Notes under the pieces: model-generated
What the model saw: only the letters and a program-made list of their open reading frames with translations
What the model was told of the DNA's origin: nothing
Databases searched by the model: none
Made by a program: the position numbers and the translations under genes
Part shown: one piece after another, positions 36,095 to 45,141 of the stretch
Position numbering within the stretch: the stretch's first letter is position 1
Layout of the letters: each line of letters starts with the position of its first letter
DNA from: Clostridia bacterium
GTDB taxonomy: Bacteria > Bacillota > Clostridia > UBA1212
NCBI GenBank assembly: GCA_017461545.1
Contig: JAFTXP010000014.1
Location: 121,006-185,005, forward strand
DNA length: 64,000 bases
Direction of reading: 5' to 3'

Positions 36095-36484
36095 TTAAGT
36101 CCTTGTTATCTCACATACCGTGAACAACAGAACATCCCTTACGTAATCTACAACGGCGTGTACTGCAGCCTCTACTTCCGAAACTGTTCCGGTCACAATC
36201 AAAGTTCCGCTGAATCTGTCAACGAAGCCAAGTTCAACACCGGAAGACTTTATGGCAATATCACCTGCGATGATGGCCGTCTCACTCGGGCTCATTGTGA
36301 TAATTCCGATAGCAGACTTTGAATAGTCTATATCAGGATTAAGACCGAGCTTTCTGTATAAAATGTTGTCCGGGTTTGCGATGATGTGAGCAAGTGTCAC
36401 CTGTTTTCCGGGAACGAGCTCCTGTACTATTCGCAATTTGTTATCACCCTGTGTTATCAATCCCTGTAAATCCATAACAACCAA
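36095..36484 (-). CDS. pduU: Circularly permuted BMC shell protein EutS/PduU-like
   Basis: LVPGKQVTLAHIIANPDNILYRKLGL...ITMSPSETAIIAGDIAIKSSGVELGFVDRFSGTLIVTGTVSEVE closely matches PduU. Confidence 0.75.
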   Translation of the reverse strand: MVVMDLQGLITQGDNKLRIVQELVPGKQVTLAHIIANPDNILYRKLGLNPDIDYSKSAIGIITMSPSETAIIAGDIAIKSSGVELGFVDRFSGTLIVTGTVSEVEAAVHAVVDYVRDVLLFTVCEITRT

Positions 36485-36504
36485 TTCCTAATCTAAATTT
36501 AATC

Positions 36505-37299
36505 TTAACCGCCTATCTGACACTTGAGACCGCTCTTTTCGGCGACTGCAAGCAAAGGCAACATATCATCGTTATTAAGTGGTTCGATACCGTCGAGCAA
36601 ATATTTTCTGCCGAGACCCTCGTATTTATCCTGACCGAGTCTGTGGTAAGGAAGCAAATGCAACTCTTTCACATTCGGAAGCGAAGCTGCAAATTCGGAA
36701 ATAGCTCTTATCTCCTCCGGAGTGTTATTGAAAGTCGGAATAACCGGAACTCTTATAATCAACTCTTTGGCGCGCTCTGCAATCTTTCTTGCATTTTCAA
36801 GAATCAGTCCGTTTGGCTGTGTCGTAAATTCCTGATGCTTTTGGCTGTCCATATGTTTTATATCCATAAGATACAAATCAAGGTGCGGAAGAATTCTTTC
36901 TATAACTTCAAATTTCGCATGACCTGTAGACTCCATCGCAGTATGTAAACCGTTCACTTTACACGCATAAAGCAATGCTTCGGTAAAGTCAGGCTGTGCA
37001 AGTGATTCTCCGCCAGAGAGTGTCACTCCACCGCCCGAACGTCTGTAATACTGAATATCTTTCAGTATCTCAGGCATTATCTCACGCACGGTGACATCCC
37101 TGCCGATAACTTTAGTCTTTCCTGCAACAGTCATATTCTGAATATCATACTCCTGTGACTCAGGGTTACAACACCAACGGCAACGAAGGTAACATCCCTT
37201 CAAAAAAACAATAGTTCTGATACCCGGTCCATCATGTATCGAATACTTCTGTATATCAAATATTCTGCCTTTTTGATCTAAATAATTCTCTAAAGACAC
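36505..37299 (-). CDS. Glycyl-radical enzyme activating enzyme (radical SAM, PflA-like)
   Basis: 264 aa. CYLRCRWCCNPES CxxxCxxC near the N-terminus plus a GGE motif. No extra ferredoxin-type Cys cluster insert is visible. Confidence 0.85.
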   Translation of the reverse strand: MSLENYLDQKGRIFDIQKYSIHDGPGIRTIVFLKGCYLRCRWCCNPESQEYDIQNMTVAGKTKVIGRDVTVREIMPEILKDIQYYRRSGGGVTLSGGESLAQPDFTEALLYACKVNGLHTAMESTGHAKFEVIERILPHLDLYLMDIKHMDSQKHQEFTTQPNGLILENARKIAERAKELIIRVPVIPTFNNTPEEIRAISEFAASLPNVKELHLLPYHRLGQDKYEGLGRKYLLDGIEPLNNDDMLPLLAVAEKSGLKCQIGG

Positions 37300-37327
37300 G
37301 ATATATTCTCCTTAAATAAACTCTTAA

Positions 37328-39853
37328 TTAAAACCCTTGGGTCGTACGATTAATGATGTCATCCTGAAGCGAACGTGAAAGCGATGTAAATAATGCGCTG
37401 TATCCTGCAACACGGACAACAAGTGATTTGTACTTTTCGGGATTCTGCTGTGCGTCGAGCAATGTCTCTCTGCTTACGACATTGAACTGTACGTGCATAC
37501 CCTTCTGGTCAAAATAGCCGCGGATGTACGATACAAATTTTTCGAGAGCACTTGTACTGCTGAGTGCTGACGGATGGAACTTCTGATTGTAAAGCGTACC
37601 GTTAGAAGCAATTCCATGGTCAAGTCTTGCAACAGAGTTTGCCGCAGCTGTCGGACCGAGTTTGTCTCTGCCCGAAGCAGGACCTACGCCGTCTGCTATA
37701 GGTTTGCCGGCAAGTCTTCCGTCAGGTGTAGCACCTGTCTGAGCGCCGAGCGGAACGTTTGCAGAAACAGGATAAAGACCTGCCTGGAACATACCGCCTC
37801 TGGGGTTCTTATATGTCTCCATAGGTCTTGTATATGTGTAAGCAACATCTTTTGCGAAAAGGTCAATTTCTTCGATATCATTACCGTATTTCGGCAGCTC
37901 ATCAATCGCAGCAAGAAGTGCATCGTACTTTTGTTTCTTTTCAGGTGAAACAGCCGACTGCTTAACCTGCTCGTAAATCGACTTAATCAAATCCTCGGTA
38001 ATAGGTGTACCCGAAGCCGCAACAGACTGTGCAACTGACTGAGTGATCTTCGAAACTGTCGCATCGTCCATAGCTGCGCCGAAGTTTTCCTGCAATGCAA
38101 CTTTAAACTCCGCAAGGGTAAGAAGCTTCTGCTCAAATACAAGAGTTCTGATGGCAACAAGCGCATCGGTTACGTTTGCGATTCCGAATCCCTGAGGACC
38201 TGTGAAGTTATAAATCGCTCCGCCCTCCTGGAGAGTCTTACCTGACTCTAAACATCCGTCTACCATACATGATTCGAACGGAAGCGGACATCTTTCCATG
38301 TGAGCAAGATCAACAGCGTTATCAGCATTTACGAGCAGTTCGATAGCGTAATTCATCTGAGCTTTATAAGCATCATAGAATTCTTCGAAAGTCTTCATAT
38401 TTGCAACGTCGCCTGTTTCTATTGTCACCAGCTCGCCGTCCTCATAACCGTTGCTGAATACCATTTCGAGAGGTCTGAGCATATTGAAGAACGCGGCGTC
38501 ATGCCAGCCTTCTGTTTTGCCCGGAGCCTGAGGCTCAACACATCCGATGATACAATAATTTCTCGCATCCTCAAGTGAAACACCTCTGCTGAGAAGCGAA
38601 GGAATGATAACTTCGTCATTGTAATAAGCAGGAAGACCTACACCTGTTCTTGTAAGTGTGGCAGCTTTCATCATAAGCTCGTGAGGAGTACCGTTCCATA
38701 CACGGATGGAAAGTGACGGCTGCGGAAGCATAACATGCATAGCTGCATCAATACACATAAATGACAAATCATTTGTAACATCAATACCTGCAGCATTCTG
38801 ACCGCCCACGATAAGGTTCTGGAACAGACTGTATCCTGCAAAACCCTCCGCAGAAGCAGCGTCACGGACTTTGTTTATATCATTTAACTTAATCCAAAAG
38901 CAATCGATAAGCTCCTGTGCAAATTCTCTTGTGATAACACCGTTATCGATATCTTTCTTATAGTAAGGATACATGTACTGGTCAAAACGTCCGGGAGAAA
39001 TCGAGTGTCCGCTCGACTCAACCTGGAGAAGCTGCTGAATAAACCATACGGTCTGGCAAGCTTCGTAGAAAGAGGTCGCGCCTTTTCTCGGAACATTATG
39101 GCAGTTCTTTGCAATCTGCAAAAGCTCTGCTTTTCTTACCGAGTCAGAACATTTAGCAGCTTCTTCCTCAGCAAGTTTTGCATATCTTTCGGCATATTCT
39201 ATAACAGCCTTACAGCTGATGATAACCGCCTCATAAAAATGAGTCTTTCTTCCGCAATCCATATCGCCGGGACGCAAAGCTTTCAGGAGAGCTTCGGTTT
39301 TAGCAATAATGCCCTCGTAACCGATTGCCAGAACTTCGTCATATTTTACACATATATGTCCTACACCGTTATAATAGTAGTTTCCTACTGTAAAAAGGTT
39401 GTGCTTTATGGCAGTCTTTGTTTCGGGCGTCATGTAGGAAGTGGCAAGCTCGCTTGTTGTTCTGCCCTTCCAATATTTATTAGCTTCGGCAAGCTTTTCG
39501 CAGGTCTCCTTAGAAATATTAAACGGGTCTGCAATTCTGTTTGCAACAGTGTCAAACTCAGCCTCAAGCCAGTCATAAGAGAACTCAGGGAAAGTCTGAC
39601 AGCCTCTTGATTTTTTAGAGCTGCTGCCTACGATAAGCTCGTCCTCTCTGATGACGATCGGAATATTCTTTAATATATGTTCGAAAGCCTTTGCTCTTCT
39701 TGTGACCATAGGCTCATTCTCGGTAGCCTTATAAGACTCGGTAACAAGAACTGCTCTGTCAGCATCGATCTCGGGAACAGACGCAAAATATCTGTCAAGC
39801 AAACGATCGATTCTCGGGCTTTTTTTGACAGGTTCCGAATTGAATTTTGCCAT
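37328..39853 (-). CDS. Glycyl radical enzyme (PFL-fold), candidate B12-independent 1,2-propanediol dehydratase
   Basis: 841 aa. C-terminal glycyl radical motif VVRVAGYSALF. GGAGG RBS. Heads a BMC locus that contains an aldolase, PduL and PduP. Confidence 0.8.
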   Translation of the reverse strand: MAKFNSEPVKKSPRIDRLLDRYFASVPEIDADRAVLVTESYKATENEPMVTRRAKAFEHILKNIPIVIREDELIVGSSSKKSRGCQTFPEFSYDWLEAEFDTVANRIADPFNISKETCEKLAEANKYWKGRTTSELATSYMTPETKTAIKHNLFTVGNYYYNGVGHICVKYDEVLAIGYEGIIAKTEALLKALRPGDMDCGRKTHFYEAVIISCKAVIEYAERYAKLAEEEAAKCSDSVRKAELLQIAKNCHNVPRKGATSFYEACQTVWFIQQLLQVESSGHSISPGRFDQYMYPYYKKDIDNGVITREFAQELIDCFWIKLNDINKVRDAASAEGFAGYSLFQNLIVGGQNAAGIDVTNDLSFMCIDAAMHVMLPQPSLSIRVWNGTPHELMMKAATLTRTGVGLPAYYNDEVIIPSLLSRGVSLEDARNYCIIGCVEPQAPGKTEGWHDAAFFNMLRPLEMVFSNGYEDGELVTIETGDVANMKTFEEFYDAYKAQMNYAIELLVNADNAVDLAHMERCPLPFESCMVDGCLESGKTLQEGGAIYNFTGPQGFGIANVTDALVAIRTLVFEQKLLTLAEFKVALQENFGAAMDDATVSKITQSVAQSVAASGTPITEDLIKSIYEQVKQSAVSPEKKQKYDALLAAIDELPKYGNDIEEIDLFAKDVAYTYTRPMETYKNPRGGMFQAGLYPVSANVPLGAQTGATPDGRLAGKPIADGVGPASGRDKLGPTAAANSVARLDHGIASNGTLYNQKFHPSALSSTSALEKFVSYIRGYFDQKGMHVQFNVVSRETLLDAQQNPEKYKSLVVRVAGYSALFTSLSRSLQDDIINRTTQGF

Positions 39854-39915
39854 TTATAATTCCTCCATCTATACAATTAAATATCAAATTTTCCAATAAA
39901 CACTCTTATGAATCT

Positions 39916-39944
39916 ATATTATTGTTTCAACGATAAAATGTCAA
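39916..39944 (-). promoter_or_regulatory. Sigma-A promoter for the GRE operon
   Basis: Minus-strand TTGACA-17 nt-TAATAT, about 60 nt upstream of the GRE ATG. Confidence 0.5.
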
Positions 39945-40059
39945 CACCTTCAAAGGCGTTTTTTAGTTGTTTTTTGTTGATTTGCACAAACCGGAAATAA
40001 AACAATATAAAATTCACGCATGATACTGTTTTAATTCAACAAGATACAACATTATAGTA

Positions 40060-40854
40060 TTATTTACCGAAAAAACTCATCACAGACTTCACAACATCGT
40101 CAGTGACATAGTCTGCCGCAGATATAACCTCGGGCGCACTTCCGGAAATCGCATACGAATATCCGGCGGACGATAGCATAACAATATCATTTGTGCCGTC
40201 GCCGAAAGCCATAACATCCTTCATATCAACAGAGAACTTTTCACAAATAATATTTACACAACTGCCTTTATCTGCAGATTTACTTATAAATTCACACCAA
40301 CCGTTTTTCGTATATACATTATGTAAATAATTTTTCCACTCATCAATAAACGGCTCAAAATCATATACAAAATTTTCTTTCTTATAAAAAACAGACAATT
40401 TAAAGAACGAATCTTTTATGTCATGGAAGTCATCTATCCTTGTTATGCAGTTATCCATAGTGGCAGCTTTTTTCATAGCAACAACAGGTGCACTTTTTTC
40501 ATTACATTCCGAAGAAACATATACAGAACCTGTACCGTAAACAGCAATATCATATTCTGTATTGTTTTTTATACCATCTATAAAAGAATACGCCAAATCC
40601 TTATCAACAGAAAAATCTGCAATCACTTCATTTTTATATACTGCCAGACTGCCGTCGTAGCAGATAACTATAATATCATTTATAACATCGGAAAAAAGAC
40701 GCACTATATCACAAAAAGGTCTGCCGCTTGCAACAGCAACAAGAATACCTTTCGACAAGAGATATTTCATCATATCAATGACGGAAGCAGAAATACGAAC
40801 AGCATCACGCGGAAGCAATGTGTTATCAACATCAAAGCAAACCATTCTTACCAA
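40060..40854 (-). CDS. HAD-superfamily hydrolase (Cof-like, subfamily IIB)
   Basis: FDVDNTLL motif I. GDGTNDIVML motif III. Confidence 0.65.
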   Translation of the reverse strand: MVRMVCFDVDNTLLPRDAVRISASVIDMMKYLLSKGILVAVASGRPFCDIVRLFSDVINDIIVICYDGSLAVYKNEVIADFSVDKDLAYSFIDGIKNNTEYDIAVYGTGSVYVSSECNEKSAPVVAMKKAATMDNCITRIDDFHDIKDSFFKLSVFYKKENFVYDFEPFIDEWKNYLHNVYTKNGWCEFISKSADKGSCVNIICEKFSVDMKDVMAFGDGTNDIVMLSSAGYSYAISGSAPEVISAADYVTDDVVKSVMSFFGK

Positions 40855-40912
40855 TATACACGCCTCCTTTCTGCAACAATTATAAACATTTTAAAACATA
40901 TAACCCTATTTT

Positions 40913-41173
40913 TCAACATTTTATTTTATCGAAAAGATTTTCATCGATGTCCACAATGATTAAATCCTCTCCTACACTTACAATCTTATTAAACGGAATA
41001 ACTATATCTGCATTATGATTATATTTTCTGAAAAACTTTCCTTCACCGTATATTATCACGCTGTCAATTTTACCTGTATGAAAATCGGCCGCAACATCGG
41101 AAACATATCCGACCCTGCGACCGTCAAAAAGATTTATAACTTCCATTTTTATTATATCATTCAATCTATGCAT
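40913..41173 (-). CDS. ylmC: YlmC/YmxH-family sporulation protein (PRC-barrel)
   Basis: 86 aa. VINLFDGRRVGYVSDV... Confidence 0.65.
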   Translation of the reverse strand: MHRLNDIIKMEVINLFDGRRVGYVSDVAADFHTGKIDSVIIYGEGKFFRKYNHNADIVIPFNKIVSVGEDLIIVDIDENLFDKIKC

Positions 41174-41240
41174 ATGAATTCACTTCAAATAAACGTCACA
41201 AACATATCTATGTGAAGATAATCAAAAAAATTCTATTCAA

Positions 41241-42020
41241 TCAAGTTTTAATATATTTATTTATATGCCTTAAGGCACTCTTTTCAAGACGTGACACCTG
41301 GGCCTGACTTATTCCGATTTCTTCCGCAATTTCCATCTGAGTGAGTCCGTCAAAAAATCTTAATTTGATTATTTTCTGTTCTCTTTCATTTAATCTGTCT
41401 AAAGCGCTGTTTAAAGTCAATGTCCTGTCCCATGCCTCTGCATTCTGTTCTGAATCTTTTACCTGATCCATTACACATAATGTATCGTTTCCCTCCTGAT
41501 AGACAGGATCAAATAATGATACAGTATCCTGAATTGCGTCAAAAGCAATTACAACATCTTCACACGGAATATCGAGTTCTTTTGCTATTTCACTTACGGT
41601 AGGTTCTTTGCTGTTCTGAAAAAACAATCTCTCTTTAACCTGCAAAGCTTTATATGCTGTATCCTTTATAGACCGACTTACTCTGATAGAATTGTTATCG
41701 CGCAAATAACGTCTGATTTCTCCGATGATCATAGGAACAGCGTAGGTGGAAAACTGAACATTCTGACTTAAATCAAAATTGTCAATTGCCTTCATCAAGC
41801 CGATACAGCCCACTTGAAATAAATCGTCGACAACTTCCTTTCTCCCGTTAAAACGCTGGATGACACTGAGAACAAGTCTCAGATTCCCGTAAATAAATTG
41901 GCTTCTCGCCTCTTCATCACCGGCTTTTATTTTAAGCATCAGCTGCTCTTTTTCTTCGCTGTTTAAAATCGGAAGCTTTGAAGTATTTACTCCGCATATC
42001 TCAACTTTGTTTATAATCAT
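41241..42020 (-). CDS. sigG: Sporulation sigma factor SigG
   Basis: NKVEICGVNTSKLP...GNLRLVLSVIQRFNGR...FSTYAVPMIIGEIRRYLRDNNSIRVSRS is near-identical in pattern to SigG. Confidence 0.85.
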   Translation of the reverse strand: MIINKVEICGVNTSKLPILNSEEKEQLMLKIKAGDEEARSQFIYGNLRLVLSVIQRFNGRKEVVDDLFQVGCIGLMKAIDNFDLSQNVQFSTYAVPMIIGEIRRYLRDNNSIRVSRSIKDTAYKALQVKERLFFQNSKEPTVSEIAKELDIPCEDVVIAFDAIQDTVSLFDPVYQEGNDTLCVMDQVKDSEQNAEAWDRTLTLNSALDRLNEREQKIIKLRFFDGLTQMEIAEEIGISQAQVSRLEKSALRHINKYIKT

Positions 42021-42098
42021 TGCGGCCTCCTTAATGAATAAATTGACATTAAAAGTATTACCGCAATATTTTTAGTTTATTCTATTTTACACCATAAT

Positions 42099-42827
42099 TC
42101 ATCCGAACTTTGTCATCTCATTTTTCAGCCTTGAAATTATTCGCTTTTCAAGTCTTGAAATGTAAGACTGCGATATTCCCATCATGTCAGCAACCTCTTT
42201 TTGAGTAAATTCTTTTTCTCCGCTCAATCCGAATCTCAGTGACATAATCCGTCTTTCTCTCATGCTCAATTTTGAAATTGCGTCATTCAACATCTGCCTG
42301 TCTACTTCTTCATCCATTTCCCTGTATATTATATCTTCATCACTGCCTAATATATCAGAAAGCATAAGTTCATTGCCGTCCCAGTCAACATTCAGCGGTT
42401 CATCAATTGATACTTCAGCCTTTTGTTTATTGGTACGTCTTAGATGCATTAGTATTTCGTTTTCAATACACCTGGATGCATAAGTTGCAAGTTTGATGTT
42501 TTTATCCGGTATGAATGTATTTATTGCTTTTATAAGTCCTATTGAACCGATTGAAATCAGATCTTCAACATTTATGCCGGTTGTTTCAAACTTCCTTGCG
42601 ATGTAAACTACCAATCGTAAATTTCTTTCGATCAGGATATTTTTTACATTTGCACCTTCATCGTAAAAATGGTCAATTAAATACGCTTCCTCCTCTGCGC
42701 TGAGCGGAGGCGGAAGCAAATCGGCATTTCCGATATAAAATATATTTTCTGCAAAGTCTATTTTTAACAGCTTAAAAATCTTATGTACAAACAGAAATAT
42801 TTTTAATTTAAAAACCTTTATATTCAT
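42099..42827 (-). CDS. sigE: Sporulation sigma factor SigE (pro-sigma-E)
   Basis: [13 protein letters not shown]...[42 protein letters not shown], with an N-terminal pro-sequence. Confidence 0.85.
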   Translation of the reverse strand: MNIKVFKLKIFLFVHKIFKLLKIDFAENIFYIGNADLLPPPLSAEEEAYLIDHFYDEGANVKNILIERNLRLVVYIARKFETTGINVEDLISIGSIGLIKAINTFIPDKNIKLATYASRCIENEILMHLRRTNKQKAEVSIDEPLNVDWDGNELMLSDILGSDEDIIYREMDEEVDRQMLNDAISKLSMRERRIMSLRFGLSGEKEFTQKEVADMMGISQSYISRLEKRIISRLKNEMTKFG

Positions 42828-42839
42828 TTTTATTCACTC

Positions 42840-43769
42840 CTATATTTCACATAACAGTATTTCAGGCGATATAATCGCATTGTACTCATCAGTTTCCGAC
42901 AGTTTTTTGTCTACAAAACAAACCGTTGCTTTCATCCTTTTTTCACCATCGGTTTCATCTTTAATAGAAACATAATCAACAGCCAAACCAATCATAATAT
43001 CACTTCCGCTGCTTACTGTCTTAAACGGAATCACAGATATCCTGTCCGCGAAACCTTCCTCTGCAAAAACAGAAATCATGTCGTTTGCTGTTTTTGCACT
43101 GGTTTTATCAAAATACTTACTTTTCAGATTCTCATCAAATAAATTCAAAAATGCATCAGATTCACAAATAACTACAGGCAAATTATGTAAGTTATCCCGT
43201 ATCTCGTTTCCTGTGTCACACAAAGCCTGCACAAATATCGACTTTTCAGATAAAACAATTTTTGTTTCATATATTTTTCTCGGCATCCTTTTATTTTTCT
43301 TAATATAATAAAAAAATACCGTTATAATTATGTATCCTATGACAAGCATTTCAATTATGTATACAGCTGAAGAGCTTCCCCAATTCACAACTATTCCGCC
43401 TTCATTTACTGCAACGGGATTACCTGTGAATTTCAGTACTAAAAAAACTCCTGCAAACATAAAAGAAACAATGTACAGAATAACGTTACATATTAAAATT
43501 TTTCGTCTTTTTTTCAAGCCGAAAGACAGCGCACACATAAAAAATGATGAAATTATTTTAAAAAAAAGTGAAAGAAAAAAATTGTCGGTCAAACAGGGAA
43601 AAACACAAACAAGAACAGCATACAGCGCACCCACTGCAGCTCCAGACAGTATTCTGAACGGTTTTGATGAATATCCTGCCGCTTTTCCGCTTATATCAAT
43701 AATTACAAAATCAATTAAGAGGTTTTCCAAAAAAATAATATCAACATAAACAGATATTTCATTTTGCAC
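42840..43769 (-). CDS. spoIIGA: Sigma-E processing peptidase SpoIIGA
   Basis: Polytopic membrane N-terminus. spoIIGA-sigE-sigG synteny. Likely GTG start (VQNEISVYVDIIF, AGAGGTG RBS), giving about 309 aa. The track ORF extends upstream into a terminator hairpin. Confidence 0.65.
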   Translation of the reverse strand: MQNEISVYVDIIFLENLLIDFVIIDISGKAAGYSSKPFRILSGAAVGALYAVLVCVFPCLTDNFFLSLFFKIISSFFMCALSFGLKKRRKILICNVILYIVSFMFAGVFLVLKFTGNPVAVNEGGIVVNWGSSSAVYIIEMLVIGYIIITVFFYYIKKNKRMPRKIYETKIVLSEKSIFVQALCDTGNEIRDNLHNLPVVICESDAFLNLFDENLKSKYFDKTSAKTANDMISVFAEEGFADRISVIPFKTVSSGSDIMIGLAVDYVSIKDETDGEKRMKATVCFVDKKLSETDEYNAIISPEILLCEI

Positions 43770-43807
43770 CGCTTCACCTCTCTGTCCTTTGATGTTGTCA
43801 GTATTAT

Positions 43808-43845
43808 AAAAGACAGGGTGCGTCGAAAGACGACGCACCCTGTCG
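43808..43845 (-). terminator. Second (distal) intrinsic terminator downstream of gap
   Basis: 12-bp GC-rich stem cagggtgcgtcg/cgacgcaccctg followed by TCTTTTAT on the minus strand. Confidence 0.5.
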
Positions 43846-43895
43846 GCAAAGGCAAAATCTTTTCAGGTTATGTAAAAAAAGACTTCTCTATTTTT

Positions 43896-43944
43896 TCCGG
43901 ATAAAAAACGGCAAAGATTTCAACTTAAAATTGAAATCTTTGCC
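43896..43944 (-). terminator. Proximal intrinsic terminator downstream of gap
   Basis: Perfect 14-bp stem ggcaaagatttcaa/ttgaaatctttgcc followed by GTTTTTTAT on the minus strand. Confidence 0.6.
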
Positions 43945-43981
43945 TATAAAACTTAATTTATACAGAATATCAGAACTGTAC

Positions 43982-44995
43982 TCAACCCAATTCAGCAAAG
44001 TATTTAATTGTTCTTACCATCTGGCTTGTGTATGAATTTTCGTTGTCATACCATGAAACAACCTGTACCTGATAAAGATCGTCGCCAATCTTAGATACCA
44101 TTGTCTGTGTAGCATCGAAAAGTGAACCAAAACGGATTCCGATGATATCAGATGAAACAATCTGATCTTCGTTGTAACCGAAAGACTCTGATGCAGCAGC
44201 CTTCATAGCAGCGTTGATGCCTTCCTTAGTAACATCAGCACCCTTAACAACTGCTGTAAGGATTGTTGTAGAACCTGTAGGAACAGGAACACGCTGTGCA
44301 GAACCGATGAGCTTTCCGTTGAGCTCCGGAATAACGAGTCCGATAGCTTTAGCAGCACCTGTTGAGTTAGGAACGATATTTACTGCGCCTGCACGTGCTC
44401 TTCTGAGGTCGCCTTTTCTGTGAGGACCGTCGAGAATCATCTGGTCGCCTGTGTAAGCGTGGATTGTAGACATGATACCTGACTGAATCGGAGCATAGTC
44501 GTTAAGAGCCTTAGCCATAGGAGCGAGACAGTTTGTAGTACATGATGCAGCAGAAATGATTTTATCGTCTGCTGTAAGAGTCTTTTCGTTTACTGAGTAA
44601 ACGATTGTCTTAAGGTCATTTCCTGCCGGAGCTGAAATAACAACTTTCTTAGCACCTGCATCGATGTGAGCCTGTGATTTGTCCTTTGAGCAATAGAAAC
44701 CTGTACACTCGAGAACAACGTCAACACCGATTTCTCCCCAAGGAAGATTTGCAGCGTTGGGCTCTTTGTAAATGATAATTTCTTTACCGTCAACCTTTAT
44801 AGAACCTTCGCCTGCTTCTACAGTATGTCCCTCATAACGACCTTGTGATGAGTCATACTTGAGCAAATGAGCAAGCATCTTAGGATCTGTAAGATCATTG
44901 ATAGCTACTACTTCGTAACCTTCAGCACCGAACATCTGTCTGAAAGCGAGACGGCCGATACGGCCAAAACCATTAATCGCAACTTTAACTGCCAT
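43982..44995 (-). CDS. gap: Glyceraldehyde-3-phosphate dehydrogenase
   Basis: [15 protein letters not shown]..., about 337 aa. Catalytic SCTTNC. GGAGG RBS. The track ORF is extended upstream. Confidence 0.9.
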   Translation of the reverse strand: MAVKVAINGFGRIGRLAFRQMFGAEGYEVVAINDLTDPKMLAHLLKYDSSQGRYEGHTVEAGEGSIKVDGKEIIIYKEPNAANLPWGEIGVDVVLECTGFYCSKDKSQAHIDAGAKKVVISAPAGNDLKTIVYSVNEKTLTADDKIISAASCTTNCLAPMAKALNDYAPIQSGIMSTIHAYTGDQMILDGPHRKGDLRRARAGAVNIVPNSTGAAKAIGLVIPELNGKLIGSAQRVPVPTGSTTILTAVVKGADVTKEGINAAMKAAASESFGYNEDQIVSSDIIGIRFGSLFDATQTMVSKIGDDLYQVQVVSWYDNENSYTSQMVRTIKYFAELG

Positions 44996-45141
44996 AATAA
45001 CAATTAACCTCCATACAAATAAAAATAATATAATAAACAAATTAAGTCAGTGCTTGTCTTTCAACAAAACACATCAAAAATTATTTTACCCTCTTTTACT
45101 ATAAAAATCAACAATAATTTCCAAAAGCAGTAATTATTATA

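Noticed and set aside
37328-39853. GRE as choline TMA-lyase (CutC) rather than diol dehydratase
   Set aside because: I cannot discriminate active-site residues by eye. The aldolase, DeoR and FucO-like context and the absence of choline-related genes favour propanediol dehydratase. This is left as uncertain rather than excluded.
43770-43838. Upstream extensions of track ORFs such as spoIIGA MRRLSTHP..., lipoprotein 24804-24959, gap 44996-45040, GH3 47302-47400, valS 61012-61128, and the aldolase and PduA TTG starts
   Set aside because: These extensions begin at TTG, GTG or ATG codons without an RBS. They run through terminator hairpins or promoters. Each has a downstream ATG with a strong GGAGG-type SD that yields a family-typical length.
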